Shown: in pieces, positions 8,603 to 18,243 of the stretch
Layout of the letters: each line of letters begins with the position of its first letter
Position numbering within the stretch: position 1 is the first letter of the stretch
Source: Halobacteriovorax sp.
GTDB taxonomy: Bacteria; Bdellovibrionota; Bacteriovoracia; Bacteriovoracales; Bacteriovoracaceae
Length of the DNA stretch: 64,000 bases
Direction: 5' to 3'
Assembly (NCBI GenBank): GCA_024686135.1
Contig: JAIBDQ010000001.1
Span: 26,985 to 90,984, forward strand
Made by a program: the position numbers and the translations under genes
The notes under the pieces: generated by a model
What the model was told of the DNA's origin: nothing
The model's input: the letters and a program-made list of their open reading frames with translations, nothing else
Database searches by the model: none

Positions 8603-10618
8603 ATGTCAAACCATTTAAATCTAACAGCTTTTTTGCTCATTTTGCAGTGCTTTTTTCAGCCTGGCCATGCCCAAGAAATTACAGGCAGTTTTGATCAAAG
8701 TGCGAGTGTTATGGTTTATGGAGAGCAGGAGCTTTCCGATGGTCTAATTGATGCCCCTGTAAAAGTAGAAGTTGTAGGGCAAGAACAAATTCAAAAACAG
8801 CAATACCAAGATTTATCAGAAACTATCTCTGGACTACCAGGGGTCACTACTGCCACAACTGACAGAAGGGCCGGAAGTAAGTCGGCCATGATTCAAGGTT
8901 TTGGTGAAAACTCCGTTCTTGTAATGATTGATGGAACACCCGTTTCTCAAAACAATAGTTTCGGCTTTGATCTTACCCAAATTCCTACTTCGGATATTGA
9001 AAAGGTAGAAGTCATAAAAGGTGGTGCTTCCTCTCTCTACGGATCACAGGCCATGGGTGGAGTCATCAATGTGGTTACCAAAAAAGTTGCCCCCAAAAAT
9101 AAAGTTGACCTTGAGGCTTCCGGTGGATGGGCCAATCAAGAGGGCGGGGGAAGTCGTAATATAAAAATAGGTGTTGATAGAAGGATTAAGAAACTAGGAA
9201 TTAAGGCTAACTTTAGTCACCGGGATCAAGACTCTTTTGATTTAGACCCCTCAACATTGGCAAAAGATGGGGCAGATTCAACTAGGCAACAGGCCAATTT
9301 AAAATTTCAGACAAAGTTTAGAGGTAGAACTTACTCTGTAAGTGGAATGTATCTAAGAGGAAAGGTTTTATCTCAAACCTCGAGACCCTATAGCTCAAGT
9401 GCATTTGGAGCCTCGTTAAATAAAACAGATAATGAGTCAAAGAACTTTAAGCTTGCTACAGAAGAAAAGCTCGGTAGTGGTACTTTAAAAACTAATCTTA
9501 ACTATGAAATTAATAACGACCAGCTAAGCTTGAATGATGATCCTAAAACTAGTTTTACGGAAACTCTAAAAGAAACTCGCTTTGAGGGCAGAAGAGTTGA
9601 TATTAAATACCGTGAGTTCAAGGTTAAAGATCATAGCTTAACTACTGGGCTCCTATTTACTGAAAATATAGTTGATCAAGAAACGACAACTCAGGCCGTA
9701 CCTGAAGTCATTATCAAAACAAGAGATATTGAAAACCGTTCTGTAAAATCATATGAAGGGTTTGTTCAAGATAATTTCTGGGTAGGTGACTTTGAAGCCT
9801 CTCCCGGAGTTCGCTATCAGTATGATAAAGACTTCGGAGCTCATGTATCACCAAAGGTTAATATTTCTCACTATACGGATATTGGTAGTGTCGGGTTAAA
9901 GACCTGGTTAACAGTAGGAACTGGTTATCGAGCCCCTTCTATAAAAGAAAGATTTTTCACTCTAGATCACTCTTCGGTTGCTAACTATGTTGTGATTGGG
10001 AATCAAAATCTTACTCCAGAAGAATCAATCAGTTTTCAAATAGGTGAAGAATTAAGGCTTTCATCGATTGGCAAAGGAACTTCTCTTTACGGTAACCTCT
10101 TTTTGAACAAGATTAGTAATTTAATTGAATCTGTTGAAAGAGAAGGGGACGGAAACGGAAGAGTCTTTAGTTATGACAATCTTGATAAAGTTATTAGTCG
10201 CGGAGTTGAGCTTGGAGTTAAGGGTGAGCTTTTTAAAAAGCTAAACCTAAAACTCAACGGTTCTTACACGGAAACTATCGACGAAAGAACGAATCTTCTC
10301 TTGGCCAATCGTCCACTTTACGCCGCGAACTTTACGGCCGGTTACCAGTTTACCGATTCTTTTTCTGCTATCAGTACGACTTCATATACCGGTAATAGTT
10401 TTGTTGATCTCGACAATAAGGCCATTAGCCCTGCCTATATGACCACCGACCTAAAGTTTAGCTACCAAGTGAATAAAGAATTTGGGACCTTTTTTAGCAT
10501 CAATAATCTTCTTGATGTCACAAAAGATCCGACTCCAGACTTGGTAAATCCCAAAGTCGACAATAGACCGGCTCTTGGACGAAATCTCTTTATGGGATTA
10601 AGGATGACGGTGCTTTAG
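8603..10618 (+). CDS. TonB-dependent outer-membrane receptor
   Basis: 671 aa. Signal peptide, plug-domain motifs (DGTPV, IEKVEVIKGGASSLYGSQAMGGVINVVTK), long beta-barrel region. C-terminus ends LFMGLRMTVL, not the classic aromatic residue. Confidence 0.9.
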   Translation: MSNHLNLTAFLLILQCFFQPGHAQEITGSFDQSASVMVYGEQELSDGLIDAPVKVEVVGQEQIQKQQYQDLSETISGLPGVTTATTDRRAGSKSAMIQGFGENSVLVMIDGTPVSQNNSFGFDLTQIPTSDIEKVEVIKGGASSLYGSQAMGGVINVVTKKVAPKNKVDLEASGGWANQEGGGSRNIKIGVDRRIKKLGIKANFSHRDQDSFDLDPSTLAKDGADSTRQQANLKFQTKFRGRTYSVSGMYLRGKVLSQTSRPYSSSAFGASLNKTDNESKNFKLATEEKLGSGTLKTNLNYEINNDQLSLNDDPKTSFTETLKETRFEGRRVDIKYREFKVKDHSLTTGLLFTENIVDQETTTQAVPEVIIKTRDIENRSVKSYEGFVQDNFWVGDFEASPGVRYQYDKDFGAHVSPKVNISHYTDIGSVGLKTWLTVGTGYRAPSIKERFFTLDHSSVANYVVIGNQNLTPEESISFQIGEELRLSSIGKGTSLYGNLFLNKISNLIESVEREGDGNGRVFSYDNLDKVISRGVELGVKGELFKKLNLKLNGSYTETIDERTNLLLANRPLYAANFTAGYQFTDSFSAISTTSYTGNSFVDLDNKAISPAYMTTDLKFSYQVNKEFGTFFSINNLLDVTKDPTPDLVNPKVDNRPALGRNLFMGLRMTVL

Positions 10619-10619
10619 G

Positions 10620-11783
10620 ATGAGTCACTTAAGTAAAACACTAATTCTTCTTTCTTTGCTATTTACCTTCTCTTGTAAAAAGATTGAGGAAAAACCCGTC
10701 TCTGACTCAAGACCGACGATCAATAGTTTTAGAGTTGCGCTTTCACCCTACGTAAAAGATCAATCTATAAACTTCTTCTTAGAGAACTCTTGGTATGCTT
10801 ACGATGAAGGCAATCATATTATCTGGCCTAACTTCAGAGTTTACGTGTTAAGAATTGATAGCAAATATTACAAGTTTCAAGTTGTCGATTACTACGACGA
10901 GGTCTCACGTCCTGGAAATTTCACCATAAGGGTTCAACCAGAGGGAGAAGAAAGTTATCTTCTGGACTTTAAGGCCGAAGGCTGTGGAAATGTTTATACA
11001 AATCCAAGCTATAAAGAATGTATTAAGAACCCAGAAACTAATGTCTATAGCTATATTGATTTGAATTCAAAAACGATAGAAAAACTTAGTGCAAAAGAAG
11101 CAAAGAATAATGCTGAGTGGGATATTGCTTTTAATGGTACGGATATAAAACTTAACTCTGGAAAAGATGGTCTTGGTTCCGTGAGGGCAGCCAATCTTTA
11201 TCTTTATGGAGGATTCTTTTCCGGTGATAAAATCAACTTTCAAAGAATTGCTGAAGAGTCTTTCGGATCTAGGGGAATTAGATTCTTTAATCAAAACTTT
11301 GATTATAGAAAGGCCGCTTTCTCTATTCCTGAAGGTCAAAATCGTGCCATCTTCGAGAATGACTGGTTTTCTCAAAACAGATCCACAAACTTCTTTGAGG
11401 CAAAATCCGAAAATTGGTGGATTGTTAGGGGCTCTGAAGCCAATACCTATTCAAAAATCAATATTAAAGAAATAAGTGAGCAGGAAATTGGAGAGCATAT
11501 CGAATCAAGGATAACTTTAGGGCTTTTTAATCAGTCAGAAGGTCAGAACGAATTCGGCTCTGAAGAAACATGGGAGTTACCAACCTTTTCAACGGCCAAA
11601 AGACTTATCAAGGTCTGCCTTGATTTAAATAAAAAAGAAGTGGTTCCATGTGGAAGCAATAAAGCTGATCTTCGTCTTTCCATGTCCAATAAATCAAAAC
11701 GCCGTTGGCGAATAAATGTCTTTAGTGGCGCTGTCGGGCCTCTTTCAAAATCAGAAATGCAAAACTGGATTCGCGGAAACTAA
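10620..11783 (+). CDS. HmuY-like lipoprotein partner of the TonB-dependent receptor
   Basis: Lipobox LLFTFSC. Starts 1 nt after the receptor stop. The EWDIAFNGTDIKLNSG segment resembles the WD(I/L)AF signature of HmuY-family proteins. Confidence 0.5.
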   Translation: MSHLSKTLILLSLLFTFSCKKIEEKPVSDSRPTINSFRVALSPYVKDQSINFFLENSWYAYDEGNHIIWPNFRVYVLRIDSKYYKFQVVDYYDEVSRPGNFTIRVQPEGEESYLLDFKAEGCGNVYTNPSYKECIKNPETNVYSYIDLNSKTIEKLSAKEAKNNAEWDIAFNGTDIKLNSGKDGLGSVRAANLYLYGGFFSGDKINFQRIAEESFGSRGIRFFNQNFDYRKAAFSIPEGQNRAIFENDWFSQNRSTNFFEAKSENWWIVRGSEANTYSKINIKEISEQEIGEHIESRITLGLFNQSEGQNEFGSEETWELPTFSTAKRLIKVCLDLNKKEVVPCGSNKADLRLSMSNKSKRRWRINVFSGAVGPLSKSEMQNWIRGN

Positions 11784-11849
11784 GGAACTTATCTCTTTTT
11801 CGGGTTTGCAAGTACCCCGGCCGGGAGGGCAGGTACCTAAAGAGTGAAA

Positions 11850-11926
11850 TGGCACAGCCGCCTGGATTCGAACCAGGGACCGTCCGCTTAGAAGGCGGAT
11901 GCTCTATCCAGCTGAGCTACGGCTGC
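11850..11926 (-). tRNA. tRNA-Arg (anticodon TCT)
   Basis: 77-nt cloverleaf folded by hand. Acceptor GCAGCCG/CGGCTGT (G1-U72), D arm GCTC-AGCTGGATA-GAGC, anticodon stem TCCGC/GCGGA with loop CTTCTAA, T arm CCTGG-TTCGAAT-CCAGG, encoded CCA. Confidence 0.95.
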
Positions 11927-12100
11927 ACATTTTCAATTCGGAGATCATTTTATCCGTGGGTTTGATTGCATTATTCAACGCAGCAAAGACCAAAATGAAT
12001 CCTTAGAACTTTGTGAAATTAAGGGTTTTACGCAGGATTGTCAATATAGAGCTTCGGCTAACTGATTAAAATTGCAAATCTTTATGATAGACTTTTTCCG

Positions 12101-13453
12101 ATGGCAATAATCAATAAGACATTTAGTTCTACTGAAGAAGTATCCAAGCATCTCACAGAAGGAGAAGCGACTTTTTACCATACTTCTAAGACCTCTACGG
12201 TGGTCCCTTACGAGATTTTAGAGAGGGCCCTAGGTGCAATCGATAAAGATGTGGTTGTGGGCGACCTATCAGTGATTAGACCTGAGATGAGCCTAGATGC
12301 TCATAAGAACTTAGTCGTTCGCGGGGCCGTGACTTGGAAAGATGCCAAGGAGTTTTGTTTATCAAATGGAAGGGAGATAGGAACTTCGCCTACTGAAGAG
12401 CTGGCCGGAGTCTTGGCAGGTCTTGCTACTTCATGCACCGGTGAACGGGCCTTTGGCTTTGGGACTCTCAGAAATCAGGTTGTAAGCTGTAAGTTTCTTG
12501 ATCATGAAGGCAAGGAATACGATCTTTTCCGAGATAAAAAATTAGTGGAACTCCCTTTTTTGAATGATTCAAAAGAGCTTTTTGATGAGTACGGAACTAC
12601 CTATAAAAATTATTCTCTCTACAAAAATGCTCCATTTCCTAGAATGGAATCTGAAACAGATTTGATGATTGGAACTGAAGGGCAGCTTGGGGTGATTACA
12701 GAGGCTACTTTAGAGACGACTCCTGCGGCGGATGTCATTTATTTATTTTTAATGCTACCAAAGTGGGAAGAAGATGATCGCTTGCACTTGGAAGTGTTTG
12801 AAGCCGTTCAAAACTTAAGAAATAAGGTCTACGCCGTAGAACTTATTGATGAGAACTCCTTGCAGGTTCTACCCATTGAGGAAAGACCTGCGGTTGGAAA
12901 AGATCTTATTTTTTTAGAGATCAATAGTGCATACTTTGAAGAACTCTATGAAAACTTTTTGTCAAAGCTAGACATGCCTGAAGAGGATATCTTCGAGATT
13001 GCGTCCCAAAAATGTAGAGAACTTCGGATGAAAATCCCAAGACTTACCTTTGAGCAAAACTCTCGAATGGGGGTTACTAAAAAAGGAACTGATGTACAGG
13101 TTTCAAGAGAAAACTTTAAGGATCTGCTAGCTTATTATAGAAAATTTAGTGAACTTGGTATTCCTTATAATCTCTTTGGTCATTTCGGTGATGCTCATTT
13201 GCATTTTAACTTTATGCCAAAGTCAGAGGAAGAATCAATCTGCCAAAAAAAATTAGAAGGATTATATGAAGCGGTAAGGACTTGGAATGGGTCTCCTTTT
13301 GCCGAACATGGAATAGGAATAATTAAACAAAAGTTTATTCATTCTTATCTAGAGGAAATTCATTTTAAAATGTTTAAACTTTTAAAATCTAAGCTTGATC
13401 CAAAGAATGTTCTTTTCCCTCAAGGGTTTATGACAATGGGGGAGAGGTCTTGA
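12101..13453 (+). CDS. FAD-binding oxidase (GlcD / D-lactate dehydrogenase-like)
   Basis: 450 aa. GTEGQLGVITEATLE and HFGDAHLHFNF motifs resemble the FAD-linked oxidase family. Confidence 0.7.
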   Translation: MAIINKTFSSTEEVSKHLTEGEATFYHTSKTSTVVPYEILERALGAIDKDVVVGDLSVIRPEMSLDAHKNLVVRGAVTWKDAKEFCLSNGREIGTSPTEELAGVLAGLATSCTGERAFGFGTLRNQVVSCKFLDHEGKEYDLFRDKKLVELPFLNDSKELFDEYGTTYKNYSLYKNAPFPRMESETDLMIGTEGQLGVITEATLETTPAADVIYLFLMLPKWEEDDRLHLEVFEAVQNLRNKVYAVELIDENSLQVLPIEERPAVGKDLIFLEINSAYFEELYENFLSKLDMPEEDIFEIASQKCRELRMKIPRLTFEQNSRMGVTKKGTDVQVSRENFKDLLAYYRKFSELGIPYNLFGHFGDAHLHFNFMPKSEEESICQKKLEGLYEAVRTWNGSPFAEHGIGIIKQKFIHSYLEEIHFKMFKLLKSKLDPKNVLFPQGFMTMGERS

Positions 13454-14394
13454 AAAAAGCTCGGGTTTATCGCTCATCCGCTAGAGAGTTTGAATGCCGA
13501 GATTTAGAATCCGGAAGCATGCTTACGGCCACGGCCCTTGGAAACCTTCTTAAAAAAGATAATAGTATCGTGGTAGGAGACGTTGTTAACTTAGATGATG
13601 AAGGAGTCATTACTTCAATAGATGAGCGAACAAGTGAGATCTACCGATATCTGCCAAGAGTTCAAAAAAAGAAAATTACTGCGGCCAATTGCGATCTTTT
13701 AATTATTTTAAATTCTGTTTCAAAACCAGAATACAAAAGAGGTTTTGCCGATCGCTTTCTCCTCCGCGCTAGTCAGTGGGGAATTAAACCAGTGATGATT
13801 TTCAATAAGATGGATCAATTTGAAGATCAGTTTGATTTTAAGTTTGAAGTTGATCGCTTAAAAGAACTTGGGGTTGAGTGTTTTGAAATTTCAGCTAAGT
13901 TTCCTGAAACTGAAAAAAAATATCTTCCTAATGGAACAGAAGAGTTAAAAAAATTTATCAAAGGCAGAACGGCCATCTTTTTGGGTCAATCCGGAGTTGG
14001 TAAAAGTAAAACTATAAGCCTGCTAGCTGGAATGGATATTGAACTAAAAACAAAAGAAATTGGTAAGGCCGGCAAGGGAAGTCACACTACTACCTGGTCA
14101 GAGATTATTGATTGCGGCGACTTTAGTTTAATTGATAGCCCTGGAATTAGATCTTTTTCTCTTGAGGATTTGATAGGTGAAGAGTTAATGGAGCTTTTCC
14201 CGGACTTAGAAGAAAGGGCCGTAAATTGTAAGTTCTCTGATTGCCAGCACTCAGCCGGAACTAAAGGTTGCGCCTTTCATAAACCACTTCTTGATCCCGA
14301 TTCTTATGAAGGGCAACTGGTTCACTCAAGATTAGAGTCTTTTTTAAGGGTTTATGAGGAAATAACCGAGAATCCCGCTTGGTCAAAAAAGTAG
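13450..14394 (+). CDS. rsgA: ribosome small-subunit-dependent GTPase A
   Basis: Circularly permuted GTPase motifs (NKMD, GQSGVGKSK, DSPG) and a C-terminal CKFSDCQH...C zinc motif. TTG start overlaps the upstream stop. Confidence 0.9.
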   Translation: MKKARVYRSSAREFECRDLESGSMLTATALGNLLKKDNSIVVGDVVNLDDEGVITSIDERTSEIYRYLPRVQKKKITAANCDLLIILNSVSKPEYKRGFADRFLLRASQWGIKPVMIFNKMDQFEDQFDFKFEVDRLKELGVECFEISAKFPETEKKYLPNGTEELKKFIKGRTAIFLGQSGVGKSKTISLLAGMDIELKTKEIGKAGKGSHTTTWSEIIDCGDFSLIDSPGIRSFSLEDLIGEELMELFPDLEERAVNCKFSDCQHSAGTKGCAFHKPLLDPDSYEGQLVHSRLESFLRVYEEITENPAWSKK

Positions 14395-14491
14395 TTAAAT
14401 TACCGTTTTTTTAGACCTCGAAGCTTTTACCCGCTTCAGTTAGACCATGAAAATCCGATACGCTTAGAGAACATAAGTCGTAGGAGACAAC

Positions 14492-14953
14492 ATGGCGGAC
14501 AAAGTATTAGATTTCAACACAGCAAGACAAGAAAATATTGAAGAAAAGAGAAGAACTTTTGAACGTGTTCTTTTTCAAAACTTCCTTGGTTGTTACACCG
14601 TTATTCATAGAGAAGGTGTGATTCTACCGGTAGATCTCGTTGATATCTCAGCTGATGGTTGTAATTTCCAAGTTCCTTGGAATGTTAATAACGACAAAAA
14701 ATTTGAGCCTGGAACTGAGTTTACCCTTCGTTTCTACTTCACGAACACAAGCTATATCCCAGTTATCGTTGAATCCAAATACGGGAAAGAATTCATCGAT
14801 ACAGACGGTGAAACTTATATGCGTTATGGCTGTGAGTTTGATACTTCTTACCCTACTTTTGAGGCGCTAAAGCCTTTTATTGAGTTTATGTATAAATTCG
14901 CTGAGCATTCAGCTGTAGATAAAGGTGATACTAAGATTTATAACCTTAGATAA
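14492..14953 (+). CDS. PilZ-domain protein
   Basis: 153 aa. RRTFER ... DISADGCNF pattern resembles the RxxxR / DxSxxG c-di-GMP-binding motifs. SD TAGGAGA upstream. Confidence 0.6.
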   Translation: MADKVLDFNTARQENIEEKRRTFERVLFQNFLGCYTVIHREGVILPVDLVDISADGCNFQVPWNVNNDKKFEPGTEFTLRFYFTNTSYIPVIVESKYGKEFIDTDGETYMRYGCEFDTSYPTFEALKPFIEFMYKFAEHSAVDKGDTKIYNLR

Positions 14954-14961
14954 TGCGCCGT

Positions 14962-14985
14962 GCCGGGTTCGCCCGGCTTCCTTTT
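14962..14985 (+). terminator. rho-independent terminator after the PilZ gene
   Basis: GCCGGG-TTCG-CCCGGC hairpin followed by TTCCTTTT. Confidence 0.6.
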
Positions 14986-15018
14986 AGAACTCAATTTAAC
15001 ATGATATGTTCCGCCCCT

Positions 15019-16242
15019 ATGAAAGTCGCTGTGATAGGTGGTGGTGTACTGGGCATGGAAATGGCCAGAAGACTCCATGAAATGGAAGCTGCTGTGACCT
15101 TGTTTACAAAGTCAGGCAAACTAGGTGGAAAGCTGGCCCGTATGGCGAGTTATGAGCCGGAGTTTCATATTGGCAGTGCGAGCGCAGCTCAATATATAGA
15201 AGAAAAGATAAGACCTCTTGAAGAAAGCCTCCGCTCCTCTATTCCAATTAAGGAAGTAGAAGTTCTCCGTGTGAATAAAAGGTTTCTTGCACCTGAAGAA
15301 CATGTTGAAGGACGCTCTCGTCTTTCAGATTTGTTTAGAGTTATATATCGAGTAGACCCAACTGAGCTTATCAAAACTCAGCAAGTAGAGAATCCAGAAC
15401 TATACAAAAATTTTGATGAGGAGATGTTAAAATCCCTCGGTGAAGAATTAGAAGCATTCGAAGATTTTGATATGGTCGTGGATGCTTCGGGGGTCATGGA
15501 AAACCCCAATCATTTAGGACCAGGTGGAGTACCTGCTTTAAATGAGTTAGGACTTTCTAAAAAAGGAAAATCCTTTTATGGTTGGGACTTTATTGAAGGT
15601 CTAAAGAGCAATCTAGATAAGAAAAATATTGTTATTGCGGGCTTTGATGAGGCGGCGGCCTTAGCTGTTTTAGAACTCAAGAATTGGCTTGGTAATCGTA
15701 GCAATATACTAACTCTTGTTTGTGAAAAAAACCGTCCCTTTGAGAACCTATCTAACAGCACTAAAGTTAAATTCGAATCATTTATGAACGAAGCCGAAGC
15801 GGGATTCACTAAAGAAATGGAGGAATATAGGGAAAAAGTCTTTGCTTGGAGAGAGCTCGATGAGCATATTAAAGCAAAAACGCCTATGCCTACAGAACCA
15901 AGGCCTCCATTTGAGATTCTCCTAAGTTCCTATATCACTTCTATTGACTGCTTAGTTGATCAGGAAGGCTGGTTTTTAACGGTTGAGAATAAAGAGGAAA
16001 ATTTAAGAACATTGAAGGCCGACATTGTACTTTCTTTAAAAGGATTTAAAAAAGGAAGAAGCCTTTCAGAAGGTCTCCAAACCCATTATAATTTTGGGAT
16101 GACAAACCCAGTAAATGACGATGGAATTCATCCTGAAGCTGGCTTTTATACTTTGATAGGTAGTGATATCGAAATGGGGATTTCTAAGATCGATCCGATC
16201 ATTGAGAATATGCTTAGCTTCTTTAGTAAGGTCGAAAATTGA
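15019..16242 (+). CDS. NAD(P)/FAD-binding oxidoreductase-like protein
   Basis: Rossmann start MKVAVIGGGVLGMEMA. The ATG at 14953 in the ORF track lies inside the terminator hairpin, so ATG 15019 is preferred. Confidence 0.55.
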   Translation: MKVAVIGGGVLGMEMARRLHEMEAAVTLFTKSGKLGGKLARMASYEPEFHIGSASAAQYIEEKIRPLEESLRSSIPIKEVEVLRVNKRFLAPEEHVEGRSRLSDLFRVIYRVDPTELIKTQQVENPELYKNFDEEMLKSLGEELEAFEDFDMVVDASGVMENPNHLGPGGVPALNELGLSKKGKSFYGWDFIEGLKSNLDKKNIVIAGFDEAAALAVLELKNWLGNRSNILTLVCEKNRPFENLSNSTKVKFESFMNEAEAGFTKEMEEYREKVFAWRELDEHIKAKTPMPTEPRPPFEILLSSYITSIDCLVDQEGWFLTVENKEENLRTLKADIVLSLKGFKKGRSLSEGLQTHYNFGMTNPVNDDGIHPEAGFYTLIGSDIEMGISKIDPIIENMLSFFSKVEN

Positions 16243-16994
16243 GAATATTAATATTGCTATTATTTCTTTCTGGGTGTGCCACAACGACTGCTGATAAACA
16301 GCTCAAAAGAAGAAACTTAGATGAATACTTTAGTGGCTCTGGAGTCGTAAGATACTTCTTATCTGATCTTCCGAATTGGGCTAACTTTTCTCAAACCGCT
16401 GCCTGCCAGAGAAGTATTTCCCCACGTTATTTTAATGTATCAACATTAATTAAAAGTTACGATTACACCTATGAACAATCAGTTCAACTTCAGTATATGT
16501 TCAATGTTGAAATGAATAAATTGAAGCAAAGAACTAAAGCAGAATTCCTTCCCTTCAGTGATGAGGAAAAACTCTTCTTTACGCTAACGGATAAAATTCA
16601 AGCAGATATAAGAACTTTTAGACCTCCATCTTTTAAGCGTGTTAATCTTATTTGGATTGATCCACTTTTGAATACTGAAGCTGGACAGAAGAGTTTAACC
16701 AAGCTTCTTCGCAGCAGCGATATGGACCTTGGTCATCCTGTTCTTATTTCAATGTGCTTAAATCATTTTGAAATGGAGAAGTTCTTAAGTTCTAAAGGAA
16801 TGTTAAATAGGAATGTGAGATACATCCCTTATGAGATGTTTTCTCCTTACACAAAAGAGGGCGTAAAAGTACCTCTTTTTCAAATCTATTTAGATGAATT
16901 TTTTAAGAAGAATCAAAAAAAATATTTATATCTTCCTAGAGGACATTTTAAACCGAATGAACTCATAGGAGAGTTAACAGTTAAACGTTATTAG
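16239..16994 (+). CDS. hypothetical lipoprotein
   Basis: Lipobox LLFLSGC. TTG start overlaps the upstream TGA (ATTGA). No recognised domain. Confidence 0.55.
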   Translation: MRILILLLFLSGCATTTADKQLKRRNLDEYFSGSGVVRYFLSDLPNWANFSQTAACQRSISPRYFNVSTLIKSYDYTYEQSVQLQYMFNVEMNKLKQRTKAEFLPFSDEEKLFFTLTDKIQADIRTFRPPSFKRVNLIWIDPLLNTEAGQKSLTKLLRSSDMDLGHPVLISMCLNHFEMEKFLSSKGMLNRNVRYIPYEMFSPYTKEGVKVPLFQIYLDEFFKKNQKKYLYLPRGHFKPNELIGELTVKRY

Positions 16995-17003
16995 GAGTCG
17001 TCC

Positions 17004-17540
17004 ATGTTAGGTTTTAATGAAATTAAAAAATGTGATCACAAAGAAGATATTGAAAGGGCCAAAGCCGTATTTAAAACAAATAGAGGCTCATTTACAATAG
17101 AACTTTTCGCTAAAGAATGTCCTGAGACTGTTTGGAATTTTATTAATTTAGCAGAGGGTCGCCAAGAGACAGAGAAAGAAGGTCCATATTATGACGGTCT
17201 AATCTTTCATAGAATCATTGAAGGGTTTATGATTCAAGGTGGTTGCCCCGCTGGTTCTGGAATGGGTGGACCTGGTTATAAGTTTGGTGATGAGTGTAAG
17301 CCTGAACTTTCACATGATGTTGAGGGTGTACTTTCGATGGCCAATGCTGGTCCTGGTACAAATGGTTCACAGTTCTTTATTACTCTGGCTCCTACTCCGC
17401 ATCTAAATGGACGTCATACTGTATTTGGAAAAGTGTGTGATGGAATGGACGTGGTTCGTGCTATTGGTGTTGTAGAGACAGGAGCTATGGATAGACCTGT
17501 TGAAGAAGTTGTTATTGAAACTGTAACGATTGAGCGCTAG
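17004..17540 (+). CDS. ppiB: cyclophilin-type peptidyl-prolyl cis-trans isomerase (cytoplasmic)
   Basis: FHRIIEGFMIQGG, SMANAGPGTNGSQFFIT and HTVFGKV motifs. SD AGGAG precedes the ATG by 6 nt. Confidence 0.9.
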   Translation: MLGFNEIKKCDHKEDIERAKAVFKTNRGSFTIELFAKECPETVWNFINLAEGRQETEKEGPYYDGLIFHRIIEGFMIQGGCPAGSGMGGPGYKFGDECKPELSHDVEGVLSMANAGPGTNGSQFFITLAPTPHLNGRHTVFGKVCDGMDVVRAIGVVETGAMDRPVEEVVIETVTIER

Positions 17541-18214
17541 AAAGCTCGATCATAAATTGAGGATCTAAAAAGCGAAAGATGATCCTTAAACCCCAAATAA
17601 TTATCTAAGTTCTTTGGTTCATTAACTTCTTTACTGAGAAGATAGTGGGCCAAAGATTCAACCTCAGCTAAACTACTCTGTGTATACAACTCTTCAGAGG
17701 GAAAATGAATAAAGCGGCTAAATCGAATGAGTTCTTGATCGTAGACTTTAGCTAAGATTTCTAACTTTCTATTGTATTGTTCTTTAGTAAGGACTTCTCT
17801 TTTTGAGGCAAAGCAATTTATTGCTGGATGCCATATAGAGACTTCCGTAAAAAAACTATGAACCGCATACGAAGTCTGAATATGATGAGGATGCCCGTAT
17901 TCTCCAAGTGGACCATGAGTAAATATTTGATCAGGTACCGGCAGTGTTGAAAAAAACTTTTTTAAAAGTCTTTGGTCTAGATTTTCATTATAAGTATCTT
18001 TAAAACCAGCTTTAATAACCGACTCTACTCCTAATAGTTCGCAGGCCTCTTCAAGTTCGGCCATACGCTCATCACCGCGCCCATCTGCATTACCATCCGT
18101 TAAACAGATAACGGTCCACTCTTCGTCAGGACGGCTAAGTATTGTTCCACCAAAAAAAAGAGTTTCATCATCTGGGTGGGCAGTAATGACCATATTTTTA
18201 ATTGCATTTGCCAT
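17537..18214 (-). CDS. PIG-L / LmbE-family N-acetylglucosaminyl deacetylase
   Basis: ITAHPDDETLFFGGT motif and a downstream HPHH region. Confidence 0.8.
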   Translation of the reverse strand: MANAIKNMVITAHPDDETLFFGGTILSRPDEEWTVICLTDGNADGRGDERMAELEEACELLGVESVIKAGFKDTYNENLDQRLLKKFFSTLPVPDQIFTHGPLGEYGHPHHIQTSYAVHSFFTEVSIWHPAINCFASKREVLTKEQYNRKLEILAKVYDQELIRFSRFIHFPSEELYTQSSLAEVESLAHYLLSKEVNEPKNLDNYLGFKDHLSLFRSSIYDRAF

Positions 18215-18243
18215 GAATCTATTTTCTCTATTAACCTAGGATT

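Noticed and set aside
11811-11835. GC-rich element GTACC-CCGGCCGGGAGGGCA-GGTAC between the HmuY-like gene and tRNA-Arg as a terminator
   Set aside because: It has only a 5-bp outer stem, a self-complementary CCCGGCCGGG core that cannot form a normal loop, and no flanking T-run. This is too weak to call.
11850-11865. TGGCAC match on the plus strand as a possible sigma-54 -24 element
   Set aside because: It is the complement of the CCA end and acceptor stem of tRNA-Arg, and there is no TTGC at the correct spacing.
11784-12100. tRNA-Arg and tRNA-Gly (26127-26201) as possible integration sites of genomic islands
   Set aside because: No integrase, phage or transposase genes, and no direct repeats of the tRNA 3' ends, were seen nearby. 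The flanking genes look like ordinary chromosomal content.
14953-15018. N-terminal 22 codons of the ORF-track model 14953-16242 (MRRAGFARLPFRTQFNMICSAP)
   Set aside because: This stretch coincides with the GCCGGG-TTCG-CCCGGC-TTCCTTTT terminator of the PilZ gene. The Rossmann motif begins right at ATG 15019, so the extension is most likely not translated.
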